IMG/VR virus record: IMGVR_UViG_2519899835_000003
Source of the DNA: a virus
Taxonomy: Duplodnaviria; Heunggongvirae; Uroviricota; Caudoviricetes
Direction: 5' to 3' (one strand)
DNA length: 64,000 nucleotides
The translations under genes and the position numbers were made by a program. Under the pieces are notes generated by a model. That model searched no databases and was not told where the DNA came from. It saw only the letters and a program-made list of their open reading frames with translations. Positions 29,693 through 40,222 of this stretch are shown in pieces; within the stretch, counting starts at the first letter, position 1; each line of letters opens with the position of its first letter.

Positions 29693-30907
29693 TCACAGCT
29701 TCACTGCGGTATCAATGGCAATCACGCCGTGATCCTGCATCTTGCCGCTCTTCTCGGGGAAACGGATTTTTTTCAGACCGTTGATCCAGCTGATTGCTAT
29801 CTCAGTACGGTTATCCATATCCGTTTTCTTCTCAACCATGTTGAAGTGACCGCCGCCCTTCTGACCGTACGCATTCGCCAGCGCCTGAGCCCCCAGCAGC
29901 ATGGCACGGTCGATGTTGGTTGCAGCAGCCTTTTCTGCCATCGTTGCCGTAAGGTCATTGTTCGACACCATAACCTTTGACCCCTGATAGAAACGGATCG
30001 GCATCCCCGCATACTTACGGACCAGAATATTGCGCCACATCGCACATTCGCCTTTGAACAGCGGATGGTTAAAACCTTTTGAGCGGTTTACGGCACGCGT
30101 CATCATCTGGTTCCAGTCCTTGCCGGACGTGGAGGTGTACCAGTCATTCCACTGACGCGGCGTGACGTAGAGGACGTAATACGGATCTTCGCCATACAAT
30201 TCATCACCGGACAGGCGTACCGGTTGTAACGGATGAGCCATCTCGTCAATAAACAACGAGAGATTATCGACCAGCGCAAGGGTGAACAGGTCAGACTGGT
30301 CAATACTCTCAAAACTCGTCGCATCCCCACCGAAAAAATGACGATCATGCGTCGGCGGCAGTACGTCGTTGATCATGATTTTTTTGAATTCAGGGTGATC
30401 TGCCGTTGGCAGAATGGTGTCATCAGCAACAAAATCACCGCGGGCACCGGCAAGATGCACTATCGCACACTGGTCTTGCAGGTCGTTAAAGTACGTACCC
30501 AGCAGCGTTCTGGCAGAGGATGCCAGGTTGAACTTCGTACGCTGCTGGCTCATACGTCCGCCCGCATCCACCAGGTGACGGCCCTGATTAATTTTCAGGG
30601 AAAAATCAGCATGGCTGAGGTCTTCACCACGGCCTTCAACGCGCTCATCCCCCATCGTCGGACGTTTAGAGAGTTTGTGCATGATGCTGAACGTCACTTC
30701 ATCACCGGCCTGTTTGTTGAGGTCCGTGATTCGCACAACCGGTGCACCTGCACTGGTCTGCTTCGTGCTTTTCTTGTCAGGCGAAACTGCTTTTGGTGCA
30801 TCCTGCTGTTCAGTGAGAATATTCACCATCGAGCGGTTTCGGTTGGCAGCCGTGAAAAGCGCCACCTGATACAGCTTATTCGCCTGGGCTGTTGTTACTG
30901 TGGTCAT
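29693..30907 (-). CDS. Major capsid protein
   Basis: 404-aa ORF following the scaffold gene in the terminase-portal-scaffold-capsid order; size and position typical. Confidence 0.6.
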   Translation of the reverse strand: MTTVTTAQANKLYQVALFTAANRNRSMVNILTEQQDAPKAVSPDKKSTKQTSAGAPVVRITDLNKQAGDEVTFSIMHKLSKRPTMGDERVEGRGEDLSHADFSLKINQGRHLVDAGGRMSQQRTKFNLASSARTLLGTYFNDLQDQCAIVHLAGARGDFVADDTILPTADHPEFKKIMINDVLPPTHDRHFFGGDATSFESIDQSDLFTLALVDNLSLFIDEMAHPLQPVRLSGDELYGEDPYYVLYVTPRQWNDWYTSTSGKDWNQMMTRAVNRSKGFNHPLFKGECAMWRNILVRKYAGMPIRFYQGSKVMVSNNDLTATMAEKAAATNIDRAMLLGAQALANAYGQKGGGHFNMVEKKTDMDNRTEIAISWINGLKKIRFPEKSGKMQDHGVIAIDTAVKL

Positions 30908-30929
30908 TACGTCAGTACTCCTTCAGTGG

Positions 30930-31937
30930 TTACCCGAGTTTTTCCAGAATCGCGTCAATTTCAGCGTCCGTCATGCCTCGCATGGCTGCTTCAATTTCGG
31001 TATGGGAAGCACCAAGTAACCGTTCAAAATTATCACCGGTTCCGACGGAAGCCGTGTTGCCAAGCTCTGACGGGGAAGCAGGCACTGCCATCTCCCGTTC
31101 AGCGGCTTTCACTTTTTCTTCTGCCGTTTTCCGGATATCCGTGTTGTCTGCCTTGTCATCAGAAGGCGGCTCACTGGCTTCACCGAAAGCGAGCTGCGTA
31201 CGGCGGGCCACTTCGGCGAAACGTTCAGTGAGCGGTTTGTCTTTCCATACGGGGTCATTCTGGAGCTTCCCGTCGATGGATACGGCAACCGAGAAGCGAT
31301 CCGGATCGGAGTTCTGCCACGTTTTCAGCACCGGCACGTCATTCATTGCATCAAGAACCGGTGATAAATCCTCACCACCATGACCTTCTGCCTGCTGTGC
31401 TGATTGCTGAACACGGGACTGGAGATAGTTATTTTTACGGATAAGCGAAGCCACCGCGTCACCAATTTCCGGATACATCTCCCTGATACGGGCAATCTTC
31501 TCATCAGAGATTTTTTCGTTTTCCGGTAACGGTGCGGGTTTCATACCGGCCTGGTGAATCTGAGACGTCAGCAGTTCAACCAGGCGTTTTTCTTCGGCTA
31601 TCTGTCCCCGAAGAAGTGCGGCTTCCTGTTCGGCCCGCTGCTTACCGGAACGTTCAGCCTCAAGGACTTCATAGGGAATGACGTGTTTACCATCGCGGGT
31701 GAGCACACCCTTCGCCTCCGGCTCCTTCACGTCCTGCGTCTGCTCAGCACTGGCATCCGGCGTCGGTGCCGCAGTGTTATCGCCCGTCTGTGTCTGTGCT
31801 GCCTCATCCGCATGATTTTCTGTGGCGGCCTCTGTCACGCCGTCCTGTTCGTGACCGTCAATATCCACATCCCCAAGTCCTTCCAGCATTTTTTCCAGTT
31901 GTTCCGGGGTTTCTTCACCCGTAAATTCAAAATCCAT
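30930..31937 (-). CDS. Scaffolding protein
   Basis: Acidic, alpha-helical, low-complexity 335-aa protein between portal and capsid genes. Confidence 0.55.
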   Translation of the reverse strand: MDFEFTGEETPEQLEKMLEGLGDVDIDGHEQDGVTEAATENHADEAAQTQTGDNTAAPTPDASAEQTQDVKEPEAKGVLTRDGKHVIPYEVLEAERSGKQRAEQEAALLRGQIAEEKRLVELLTSQIHQAGMKPAPLPENEKISDEKIARIREMYPEIGDAVASLIRKNNYLQSRVQQSAQQAEGHGGEDLSPVLDAMNDVPVLKTWQNSDPDRFSVAVSIDGKLQNDPVWKDKPLTERFAEVARRTQLAFGEASEPPSDDKADNTDIRKTAEEKVKAAEREMAVPASPSELGNTASVGTGDNFERLLGASHTEIEAAMRGMTDAEIDAILEKLG

Positions 31938-32094
31938 AAATAACTCCGCATGGTCTGTTTATCGGACAGATCCGAATGGTTGAGTAAATAAGGCTTATCG
32001 CTGCCCCCGCGAATAAGCGCACCGCTCCCGGAACGCTTACCTCCGGAAACAAAAAACCCCGTACGATGACGGGGTTCCGTTAAGTTCAGGATAT

Positions 32095-34239
32095 TCATAG
32101 CGGCAATTCATGCATCCGCTGTTGTAGTGTATGTAGCATCTGTTGCTGAAGAGCTTCCTGCTCCTGTTCCATATTCTGTATGCCGGTAATGATTTCTGCC
32201 GTATGCGCCTGGTTGAGCGCATCCACATAACGCTGTCCCTGTGCCGCGGCGACATCCCGTTGTGCGCCAGCATTATCCCGTTGCGCAGCTGCCTGTGCCC
32301 TGGCAGCTTCTGCTTCCAGTTTAGCCACCCGGCCTGCCATTTCGCGCATCTGCAGTTCTTCCTGTTGTTGCTGCTGGGCCTGTTGCTGCTGAGCGGCCTG
32401 CTGCTCTTCCGGGGTCATCTCATCCGGTGATTTTGGTGTCCCCAGCGCCGCACGAATACGTTCGACAAATTCCTGTTTCTGCGGCACATCCAGAAGGTTA
32501 ACCCACAGGTCGAGCACGACGGCCTGCACCTGAGGTGGCAGCCCCTGAATAACCTCTGACATTCGCTGTGCAAGCTGTGCCTTAAACGCCGGTGTCTGCT
32601 GAACAGGAGCCAGCGCAATATGTGTATTTAACCTTGAAATATCATTGGTCAGTTCACCATTATCACCTTCAGCATTGAGAACAATGGTCTGGCGACGCTG
32701 GCGATCATCACGATTAATCACCACCGCATGATTACGCCGCTTTTTCAGGCCATCGAGAAGATAAGCGAGCAACAGCCTTCCCACCTGCTGGCAGGCAAAC
32801 TGGTAGTTATCGTTGATTTCGGCAAGGGTTGTGGCTCCCTGCTCCACCAGGTTGCTGATCGCCACGCCGGACGATGCATTTGAATCCTGCCCGAGAAATG
32901 CGGAATAAACCCCCATCGTGTCCTGGATAAGTTTTTCCGACTCCTGCATGACCTGAAACTGCTGGCTGGCAACCTGAAAATCCTGTTCAACCCGGAAAAC
33001 ATCAGCAACGCTTTTCTGATTTTTTCGGGCCGGATTCAGTTTAATAATGCCATCCGGACGCTCGATCTGCTCCATCAGCTCGTTGTCTGACAACTGGGTG
33101 GCATCCTCGTCCATAATCACGCGTTTGGCCTGAAGCAACCACGTCAGTTTTATACGACGAAAATTCACCTCATCCTGTGCCGGAATGGCCCGGGAAATCA
33201 GCCCGTAAGGCTCCCCGGTTTTATCCTTCCGGTATCCCCAGAAGGGAACCAGCGGGAACATCCCCTGCGGCGCACTGCAGGGGCGATCCACAATAAAGTG
33301 CGGTCCCACAAACCAGGCTTCACGAATACGACTTACCCGCCCGACTCTCACCTGCACCCGCCCGGATGCCACAGCCACCGCATGCATCAGATTATTTTTA
33401 TCAAAGGCCACCACCCGTCCATTACTGAGTTCAATCACCGGAAGACGCTCGAATGTACGGTAATAAACCACCTGAAGCAGCACACGACGGCGTTCACGCT
33501 GAAGCCATTCGTTCTCCTTACGATCCCATGACTGATACTCTTCCCATGCACTCATCAACGGACTGGGCTGGCCTTCAGTAACCGTGGTATCGACAAAACC
33601 ACGCCAGTCATCAATGGCATAATCGATAACCTGAGCCATTCCCGGGAATGTGGCTTTTGCCTCATCGGTATCCATCCAGCGGCGGCGCATCAGCCAGCGG
33701 CAGTCACTTAAATCAGCTTCCCGGCTGAGCCAGTCCCAGAACACTTCATTCCGGCTGACAGTAGACACCTTAAACTCAGGCCCGAACGGATCGCTGTTCC
33801 GTCTGACCTCCACCCAGCTGAGCCCCGCCTTGATTTGTTCCGCATAGGCATCAGAGCGGGCTTTATTCATATTGCCAAGGCGGCATGCATCGGCAAATTC
33901 AGCATTAATAGCTTCAGCCAGTTTTTCAGTTTCATCATCTGGCTCGTCTGACATCACCACCAGATCAGTCCGTGTTTTGGCCTCCATTCCCAGAACACCA
34001 TCAACGGTAGGCGCGATGAGGTTATGGATAGTCATCGGCTGACCGCGATCTTTCAGTACCTGAAGAACTTCTGGTGGCAACTGGTCACCATCGTAATACG
34101 CACAGGCCTTGTTTGCGGCATCGCGCCATTTAGGCTGACTGTCAATATCAGAACAAAGCGCCTGTAACTGGCGCTGAGAAAAACGCGGCGTGGCTCCGTT
34201 GTCGTTTTTCGTCGCCATGGTATTAGTTTCATTTTTCAT
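32095..34239 (-). CDS. Portal protein
   Basis: 714-aa ORF immediately after the terminase large subunit; Q-rich helical C-terminal tail as in P22-type portals. Confidence 0.7.
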   Translation of the reverse strand: MKNETNTMATKNDNGATPRFSQRQLQALCSDIDSQPKWRDAANKACAYYDGDQLPPEVLQVLKDRGQPMTIHNLIAPTVDGVLGMEAKTRTDLVVMSDEPDDETEKLAEAINAEFADACRLGNMNKARSDAYAEQIKAGLSWVEVRRNSDPFGPEFKVSTVSRNEVFWDWLSREADLSDCRWLMRRRWMDTDEAKATFPGMAQVIDYAIDDWRGFVDTTVTEGQPSPLMSAWEEYQSWDRKENEWLQRERRRVLLQVVYYRTFERLPVIELSNGRVVAFDKNNLMHAVAVASGRVQVRVGRVSRIREAWFVGPHFIVDRPCSAPQGMFPLVPFWGYRKDKTGEPYGLISRAIPAQDEVNFRRIKLTWLLQAKRVIMDEDATQLSDNELMEQIERPDGIIKLNPARKNQKSVADVFRVEQDFQVASQQFQVMQESEKLIQDTMGVYSAFLGQDSNASSGVAISNLVEQGATTLAEINDNYQFACQQVGRLLLAYLLDGLKKRRNHAVVINRDDRQRRQTIVLNAEGDNGELTNDISRLNTHIALAPVQQTPAFKAQLAQRMSEVIQGLPPQVQAVVLDLWVNLLDVPQKQEFVERIRAALGTPKSPDEMTPEEQQAAQQQQAQQQQQEELQMREMAGRVAKLEAEAARAQAAAQRDNAGAQRDVAAAQGQRYVDALNQAHTAEIITGIQNMEQEQEALQQQMLHTLQQRMHELPL

Positions 34240-35945
34240 CAGTGAGCCATCCAGTGTGTGGTTCTGCGTTTATCCGTTTTCTGTCTTACCCTCACCGGCA
34301 TTCTGGCGCGCATCTCCTGGGCAATCATGTAGCTCATAAGCTGATCATCAAAACAGCCTTCCTGTGCATTCATGGAGCCTTTCGCGTCATAAACGTAGGT
34401 GTTCATTTCTGATAATGTGCCCGTCCAGCGGATCCCCGACAGGCCGTTATTCAGCAGCGTTTTCATTCCCTCAGTCAGGACCGGTTTACTCTGGCGGGTT
34501 GTCAGCCAGCCAAGACGGGGCGTATCGTCGTCATATGCCTGGTCAAGGTGCTGTTCGTTGTAGATATAACGCGTCGGATAGAGTTCCCGGAGTTTCAGGA
34601 TAACGGCATGTCCGTGATTGTTACGCTCCGGCCCCACAAACGCGTTGTTGTACATACGGCAGACCTGCGCAATGAGATGAGCGAAAAGCTCCGCATCGAG
34701 ATGACCAAACCAGTGGGCTACCTGCTCACCATTACTACATCTGATGATATCCAGCGATGAGCGGTCTCCGTGCTCCAGCCCCTCAGCGGTATCCGCTCCG
34801 CATACATACTCTTCATCCGGATCCGGTAGCTCCCAGACCAGCAGATAATTCATCAGCGTCCGGTGCTGTTCGGCTTTATTCCCGTCACGCAGAGACTGCG
34901 CTTTGGTCTTCGTTCCTGTAACCGGTTCAATGTCATAAACAATCAGCGGTGGCGAACAGAATGACTCTGCCTGCAGCGTGCTTTCCGCACTGAACACCCG
35001 TCGTCCGGACGTCAGAAACGCCTCCTGTGGTGTTGAGGGAAACTCCTGCTTCATTTCCTCACGCTGTTCAGTTTCCTTGCAGATGTACCAGTGTTTCTGC
35101 TCATCGGTAAGCGTGATGTTCATTGCTTTTTCAACCGCAGAAAAATACGCTGTTTTTTCCCGTGACAGCTTAAGTCCGCTTTCCGGCACTCTGGCGCTGT
35201 ATTTGAGATCCTGCCACCAGGCGTAAAAATGGAATTTATAATCCTGTGGCGTCAGCGCCAGCCCTGATGCAGTGATTTCCTGTGCCCGGTTACTCATCTC
35301 GTAAAAATCGCCACCCACACCTTCAGCAGTGGATTCATCAAAAATAATGCACTCATCAGAGACGGCATTAAGTGTACCGGTTCGCAGCTCTTTCGCCTTA
35401 GCCGGATATTTTGCGCAAATTTTGCCGTGCTCTGAGATATGCAGGCGCTGCACCGTACCTGAACGGAATGAGGTTGCCACCTGGATACTCGAGCCGTGCC
35501 CAAACAGGATATAGCCACCGCTGGCTCCGCTACGACGTTCAACGATGGTGAATGAGGCTCTCAGCCAGTCAGGAAGATGATCAAACGGTACAGCAATTTT
35601 GGTGCGGAAAATTTCACTGGCAGCCTGTTTATCCTGAGCGACAATCCCGCATTTGAGATGCGGTATGAATAATGCCTGGTCGAGAAGATAAATATCAATG
35701 GCCGTGGAAAACCCCAGCTGGCGTGCTTTCAGGATAATATTTTTATTGTGCATGCTCCGGAACAACTGGCGCTGCGCCGGTCGCATTCTGAAGGTGACCA
35801 GCTCACCTTTTTCGTTCTGTATCTTGTAGAGATGATTGAGCCGCCACCAGGGATTGCTCAGTTTAGTCATGATGAACAGACGTTGTTCGGCCTCTGTCAT
35901 TTCTGACGGTTCATCACATCGCGGTTCATTCTTCCGGAATGTCAT
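34239..35945 (-). CDS. Terminase large subunit
   Basis: 568 aa; ATPase-like N-terminal region and nuclease-like C-terminal region, placed between small-subunit and portal genes. Confidence 0.7.
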   Translation of the reverse strand: MTFRKNEPRCDEPSEMTEAEQRLFIMTKLSNPWWRLNHLYKIQNEKGELVTFRMRPAQRQLFRSMHNKNIILKARQLGFSTAIDIYLLDQALFIPHLKCGIVAQDKQAASEIFRTKIAVPFDHLPDWLRASFTIVERRSGASGGYILFGHGSSIQVATSFRSGTVQRLHISEHGKICAKYPAKAKELRTGTLNAVSDECIIFDESTAEGVGGDFYEMSNRAQEITASGLALTPQDYKFHFYAWWQDLKYSARVPESGLKLSREKTAYFSAVEKAMNITLTDEQKHWYICKETEQREEMKQEFPSTPQEAFLTSGRRVFSAESTLQAESFCSPPLIVYDIEPVTGTKTKAQSLRDGNKAEQHRTLMNYLLVWELPDPDEEYVCGADTAEGLEHGDRSSLDIIRCSNGEQVAHWFGHLDAELFAHLIAQVCRMYNNAFVGPERNNHGHAVILKLRELYPTRYIYNEQHLDQAYDDDTPRLGWLTTRQSKPVLTEGMKTLLNNGLSGIRWTGTLSEMNTYVYDAKGSMNAQEGCFDDQLMSYMIAQEMRARMPVRVRQKTDKRRTTHWMAH

Positions 35946-36741
35946 CCAGTCTCCCCGAATTACTCATTTCATGCAGCGATGACACGATGTCACTGACAGG
36001 CGTAACAACGCCCCGACGCTGGCTGGTCAGAATATCGGTTTCCGCTCTGAGTTTATCTCTGGCAGCGTTGGTTCTTTCCCGGTCAGCACGAAGTTTTGGT
36101 GCTGTTTCAGCCAGAACGTCCAGCGTCAGCAATGAGCGTTCAATTGACTCGATACGGGCAATATTCCGGTCAAGAGCCTGTTCAGCTTTGAGTATTTTGT
36201 CGTACAGAGCAACGCGGGTTTCCACGTCAGCCGCCTCTTTCAGGTCGGCGAACATTTTTTTCAGTGTTCCTGTTACTGAAAGTGCGCGGGCCCGGGTAAA
36301 CACCAGTTCATCGGCAAGTTCCATTCCGACTGCATCATCTATGAGGTTATCTGCCTCGAGATACTTCGCGTATCCACGGTGTCTGACGGCGTGGGTGTTA
36401 CGCTGAGAAAAAGCATTTGAAGGTGGCAAAAGTCTGGAACCACGAGTCCGTTTCGTTTCTGCCAAATTTGCGCATTTTTCATCACAACCATCATCGCCTG
36501 AAGGCTCGTCATGACTGGAGTTGCCGTCAGATTTCTGCGCACTTTTTTGATCATCAATTTGCGCATTTTTCTGCGCACTTTTCTCTGTATTTCTGGGGGA
36601 GTGTTTGCGCAGTTTAATGTACCGCCGAGCCGTGTCATAACTGATATTGTTCTGACGGCACCAGTCCTGAAGCTTTATGCCGGTTTTGACATGTTCGCGT
36701 CGAAATGCCTGCTCCAGCTTTTTCCAGTCCAGCTTTGCCAT
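35926..36741 (-). CDS. Terminase small subunit
   Basis: N-terminal HTH-like segment (ISYDTARRYIKL); overlaps the large-subunit start. Confidence 0.5.
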   Translation of the reverse strand: MAKLDWKKLEQAFRREHVKTGIKLQDWCRQNNISYDTARRYIKLRKHSPRNTEKSAQKNAQIDDQKSAQKSDGNSSHDEPSGDDGCDEKCANLAETKRTRGSRLLPPSNAFSQRNTHAVRHRGYAKYLEADNLIDDAVGMELADELVFTRARALSVTGTLKKMFADLKEAADVETRVALYDKILKAEQALDRNIARIESIERSLLTLDVLAETAPKLRADRERTNAARDKLRAETDILTSQRRGVVTPVSDIVSSLHEMSNSGRLDDIPEE

Positions 36742-37343
36742 GTCACCTTCTGACGTTCTCTGTTAAAAACTGATGCACAATGACTGCTGTAAATTTTCAG
36801 ATTTCACACAGCAGAGCCATGTCTGATTAATGTTTAACCTTATTTAGGTTATATCCGCTTCATTCCACTACAGCACCAGATAGGCTGCCTCGCGGATAAA
36901 TGCCAAAGTCTCCTGATATAGAAACCCGTCGCCACATCGAGCGCTGATCAACATTTGTATATTCACTGCGACAGAAAGAATTTATTTTATTGAATAGTTA
37001 GAAATACAGAATTGCATGCTTTATAAGCATTGACGCACACTTCATTTTTAGCAATATATTCTGTTCTCATAGACGATCAGCCCTGCATGCACTGCCGGAC
37101 ACCGTCGGCAATTTTACAGACCTAAGAGGCAATACCAAAAAGCTAACGCGCTTTATCAAGACTTGAGCAACCAACCAATAAAAAAAGCACCAGTACCGCT
37201 ACCAATGCCCATTTCGTCGTTGTTCACAGCATTCTGTGTACCCACTGTATTTCGCGTCATATCACCACGTCAGACAATCCTTAAGGATTACATAAGATTT
37301 ACGCATAATAATGCCCATTTTCAACACAGACAAGGGAATTTAT

Positions 37344-37925
37344 ATGTTAAATCAAACGCTAACAAAATCTCTTCTTATATTTTTACTTGTCATAATCGTT
37401 TCTGTATCCATCATATACATTGTAAGAACTCCAGTCAGACTTGATGTGAACGATGTCACTGAGATTAACCAGAAACATCCCATTATTTTTCTCATCCGGC
37501 ATGGGGAAAGATGCGATCGCTCCCAAAGAATATGTCTTTCAGCACATGAGGGAATCACAGTAAACGGAGCTAACAAAGCTCAACAATATGGAGATAAATT
37601 CAGAAGAATGTTTCCATACTACAGTCTCTATTCTACAGACACACTCCGAACAATGCAGACAGCCACTTTTTTTTCGGGAGGTAAGACAGCAACTATTCCG
37701 GACATATCGACATGTGATGATAACGCAGTAAATAATATCCTTAAAATATCAAAATCAGATCATGTTACTGTGATTTTCACACATAATCACTGTCTGTCCA
37801 GAATTGCAAAAAAAATGAATGGATGGAGATTTAAACCTGATTATATGGGCACACTGGTTCTGCATCGGGAAAATCACAATCTGATTCTCGACGGACATTT
37901 AAAACCAAACGAGCTTACCCAGTGA
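37344..37925 (+). CDS. Ais/PmrG-like histidine-phosphatase-family protein (putative LPS core heptose(II)-phosphate phosphatase), membrane-anchored
   Basis: Opposite strand to all flanking phage genes; N-terminal TM helix; catalytic FLIRHGERCDRS (RHG motif) and ...VIFTHNHCLSRIAK...FKPDY colinear with E. coli Ais as recalled. AT-rich ~570-bp upstream region. Confidence 0.65.
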   Translation: MLNQTLTKSLLIFLLVIIVSVSIIYIVRTPVRLDVNDVTEINQKHPIIFLIRHGERCDRSQRICLSAHEGITVNGANKAQQYGDKFRRMFPYYSLYSTDTLRTMQTATFFSGGKTATIPDISTCDDNAVNNILKISKSDHVTVIFTHNHCLSRIAKKMNGWRFKPDYMGTLVLHRENHNLILDGHLKPNELTQ

Positions 37926-38005
37926 TCCATTTGTTGATAATGCACTGGCATTGATTCAGGTTATATCTCTCCTCATAAAAAAGGCCAGCGATTGAGCTGG
38001 CTCTG

Positions 38006-38464
38006 TTAATCGAGGCATTGCATCCTGATGTACTCCTGCAGGTAGTTAACCTGCGCGGTTATCTTGTCGATTCCACTTCGGAGACGGTAATAATTGAGTT
38101 CAGCATCTGCTGTAAGTCCTGAGCTTTCTCCATCGCCCATGCCGCTGGCTCCGGTCGTTGACTTTGCACAGGTGGCGGCGACTTGCAGGCGCTTACGCCC
38201 AGCAGAAACATCAGCACGGAGACTTTCAATAGTCGCGTTAGCATCAGCAAGCTCCCTGGTGTATCTGGCATCGAGTGCAGCAACATCACGCTGGCGCTGC
38301 TGTATGTCAGCAATGGTGGCGTTCGCCTGGCTGAGTTTTGTCTTCGCATCATCTCGCTGCTCTTTGTAGGTGATGGCGTTATCACGGTAATGGTCTGTTG
38401 CCAGCCACAGCGATCCACAACCAAGCAGCAGGACAATAAGCACGCCATACAGCACACGATTCAT
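38006..38464 (-). CDS. Rz-type inner-membrane spanin
   Basis: MNRVLYGVLIVLLLGCGSLW N-terminal TM, coiled-coil body; last gene of holin-lysozyme-Rz order. Confidence 0.7.
   Translation of the reverse strand: MNRVLYGVLIVLLLGCGSLWLATDHYRDNAITYKEQRDDAKTKLSQANATIADIQQRQRDVAALDARYTRELADANATIESLRADVSAGRKRLQVAATCAKSTTGASGMGDGESSGLTADAELNYYRLRSGIDKITAQVNYLQEYIRMQCLD
38059..38211 (-). CDS. Rz1-type outer-membrane lipoprotein spanin, embedded in Rz in +1 frame
   Basis: Lipobox LLGVSAC followed by proline-rich CKSPPPVQSQRPEP; located wholly within Rz. Confidence 0.5.
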   Translation of the reverse strand: MFLLGVSACKSPPPVQSQRPEPAAWAMEKAQDLQQMLNSIITVSEVESTR

Positions 38465-38799
38465 ATCACCACCAACGGATTGCCCAGACCAGAACAGCAA
38501 TTGCCACAATACGAATGGCAAAAGCTGCCGCTCTTGTTAAATCCAGACTTGCTGGCGTCTCCACCTCAATGCCTTTCATAATGGACAACCTCAGAAAGAA
38601 TCTTTTATACTTCCTCACAGGGAAAGAACCTCCCTACCCATAATTTCTCCCTTGCCTTATTCAAGGTCAGAAACACAAAACCCCGCTTGCTGCCAACAAA
38701 CGGGGTTTTTACTTTTACTCACTTAAATTTTGCCAGTTCGCAGGATTTCGTGTTATCCGTTCGCGTTGGTCAACGGCATTTTTCAGCAGAATATTCTGC

Positions 38800-39333
38800 T
38801 TATCTGTCGATACTCCAGCACGCCAGCGCGCTCTCCTGGTCACGCCGCGATACCTGCCCGTAACAGTTATTTGAGCGGTTCCGACAGTCCCTGCCGCCGT
38901 CATATATCCATCGGCGGATTTCAGCACATGCACCTTTCCGGTCTCCTGCGTTCAGTTTCCGGTAAAACGTTGAGGTGAAGCATTTCGAAGGCCCGATGTT
39001 GTACGGGCAGAATGACGCGATGCCCGCTTTCTGCGGTTCGGTCAGTGGCACTCTGATGTTTTTCTCCACCCATGCCAGCGCCTTATCACGCTCAATGGCG
39101 TTAACCCGGTCGCATTTTTCCTTCGACAACTTCATGCCCGGAACGACAGGTTTGCCATCCACCAGGATGGCACCGCGGCAGATAGTCCAGATACCCGCAC
39201 CATCACGGTATGCCGTGGTGTGGTTACCTTCTTTTTCGTCAAGAAACTGGTCGAGGATTTCAGGCGCAGAAGCGCCCGCAGCAATCAGCGCCAGAACGAC
39301 CGCTGATAAACCATAGCGGAATTTCCTGCTCAT
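38800..39333 (-). CDS. Phage lysozyme (GH24 family, signal-anchor type)
   Basis: MSRKFRYGLSAVVLALIAAGASAPEILDQFLDEKEGNHTTAYRDGAGIWTICRG is a T4-lysozyme-like catalytic start (E...D...T); DLP12 RrrD-like. Confidence 0.85.
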   Translation of the reverse strand: MSRKFRYGLSAVVLALIAAGASAPEILDQFLDEKEGNHTTAYRDGAGIWTICRGAILVDGKPVVPGMKLSKEKCDRVNAIERDKALAWVEKNIRVPLTEPQKAGIASFCPYNIGPSKCFTSTFYRKLNAGDRKGACAEIRRWIYDGGRDCRNRSNNCYGQVSRRDQESALACWSIDR

Positions 39334-39337
39334 CAGC

Positions 39338-39553
39338 TTACTCTCCCCGCGCCGCCTTACGCCGGTCCTCTTTGATTTTGAAATACAGGTTAGTCAGGTA
39401 CGTCAGCAGCCCAAACAGCAGACTCCCCAGCACGCCTATTGCCGCCCACTGAGACGGGGAAACCCTGTCCAGCAACTGCAGGAACCAGTAGCCCGTTCCC
39501 ACCGCTGACGTGGTGTATGACACACCTGTTGTGATTTTTTCCATCTGGTACAT
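39338..39553 (-). CDS. Holin (EssD-like, 71 aa)
   Basis: [23 protein letters not shown]... with TM segments and charged C-terminus, directly upstream of lysozyme. Confidence 0.8.
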   Translation of the reverse strand: MYQMEKITTGVSYTTSAVGTGYWFLQLLDRVSPSQWAAIGVLGSLLFGLLTYLTNLYFKIKEDRRKAARGE

Positions 39554-39629
39554 ACCCCGTCTCCCGCAATCCGGAAGCTCACAACAATATAAAGACCACC
39601 GGCACACACCGATGGTCCCTTGCGCATGC

Positions 39630-39875
39630 TTACATCATCATGTCGCTGTCAGGTGTAGGTTCACCGCCATCTGAAGCACTCCCGTCACCCGCGATACCTT
39701 CCGGCTCAGGAACCGCTGCTACGCCCAGCAGCTCATCCAGAATGGCATCCACTTCTGCATCAAGACGCGACTCAAGATTCTGGCGAAGTTTCTGTTTCAG
39801 TGCGCTCCGGACTTCTTCAGAGCGCAGGACTTCCTTCACTGCCTCTGCAGTGACCAGGGATGTGATTTCTGACAT
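39630..39875 (-). CDS. Hypothetical small acidic protein
   Basis: Internal ATG of ORF 39630..40037 between nanS-p and holin; weak RBS. Confidence 0.3.
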   Translation of the reverse strand: MSEITSLVTAEAVKEVLRSEEVRSALKQKLRQNLESRLDAEVDAILDELLGVAAVPEPEGIAGDGSASDGGEPTPDSDMMM

Positions 39876-40222
39876 GGGATTTTCTCGCTGAAAGGGGTTG
39901 TTAAGGAGTAACGGGTTCTTCGGGTTTGCTTCCGGCTGACTGACTGGCGCTGATTTTCTCAGCGGCCCTTTTATCAATCTGCCTGCACCAGAAATCGCGC
40001 ACAGCCCTGTACCCACCCGAAAGAAGATACAGCACACAGACCGCCGTACAGAAGTACAGCATCACCTGATGAATAAATGTCATAATTTCTTACCGTTATG
40101 GTTGACAATGAGAATTGTTTTCATTTAAAAAACCAATGTACGAAAGCATCTTTTCTTTACATTCTCCATTGGGATTACCTCCGCCAGCTTCCATTCCTGC
40201 CGCTGGCGGCTTTTTTTAGCAA

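Noticed and set aside
38522-38677. 37-codon minus-strand frame (MKGIEVETPASLDLTRAAAFAIRIVAIAVLVWAIRWW) between lysozyme and Rz
   Set aside because: Weak RBS, overlaps the upstream extension of the Rz frame, and sits beside a strong hairpin; not enough evidence to call a gene.
39901-40083. 60-aa minus-strand ORF with hydrophobic N-terminus between nanS-p and the holin region
   Set aside because: No convincing RBS and heavy overlap with the neighbouring small ORF; could be a small membrane protein but evidence is insufficient.
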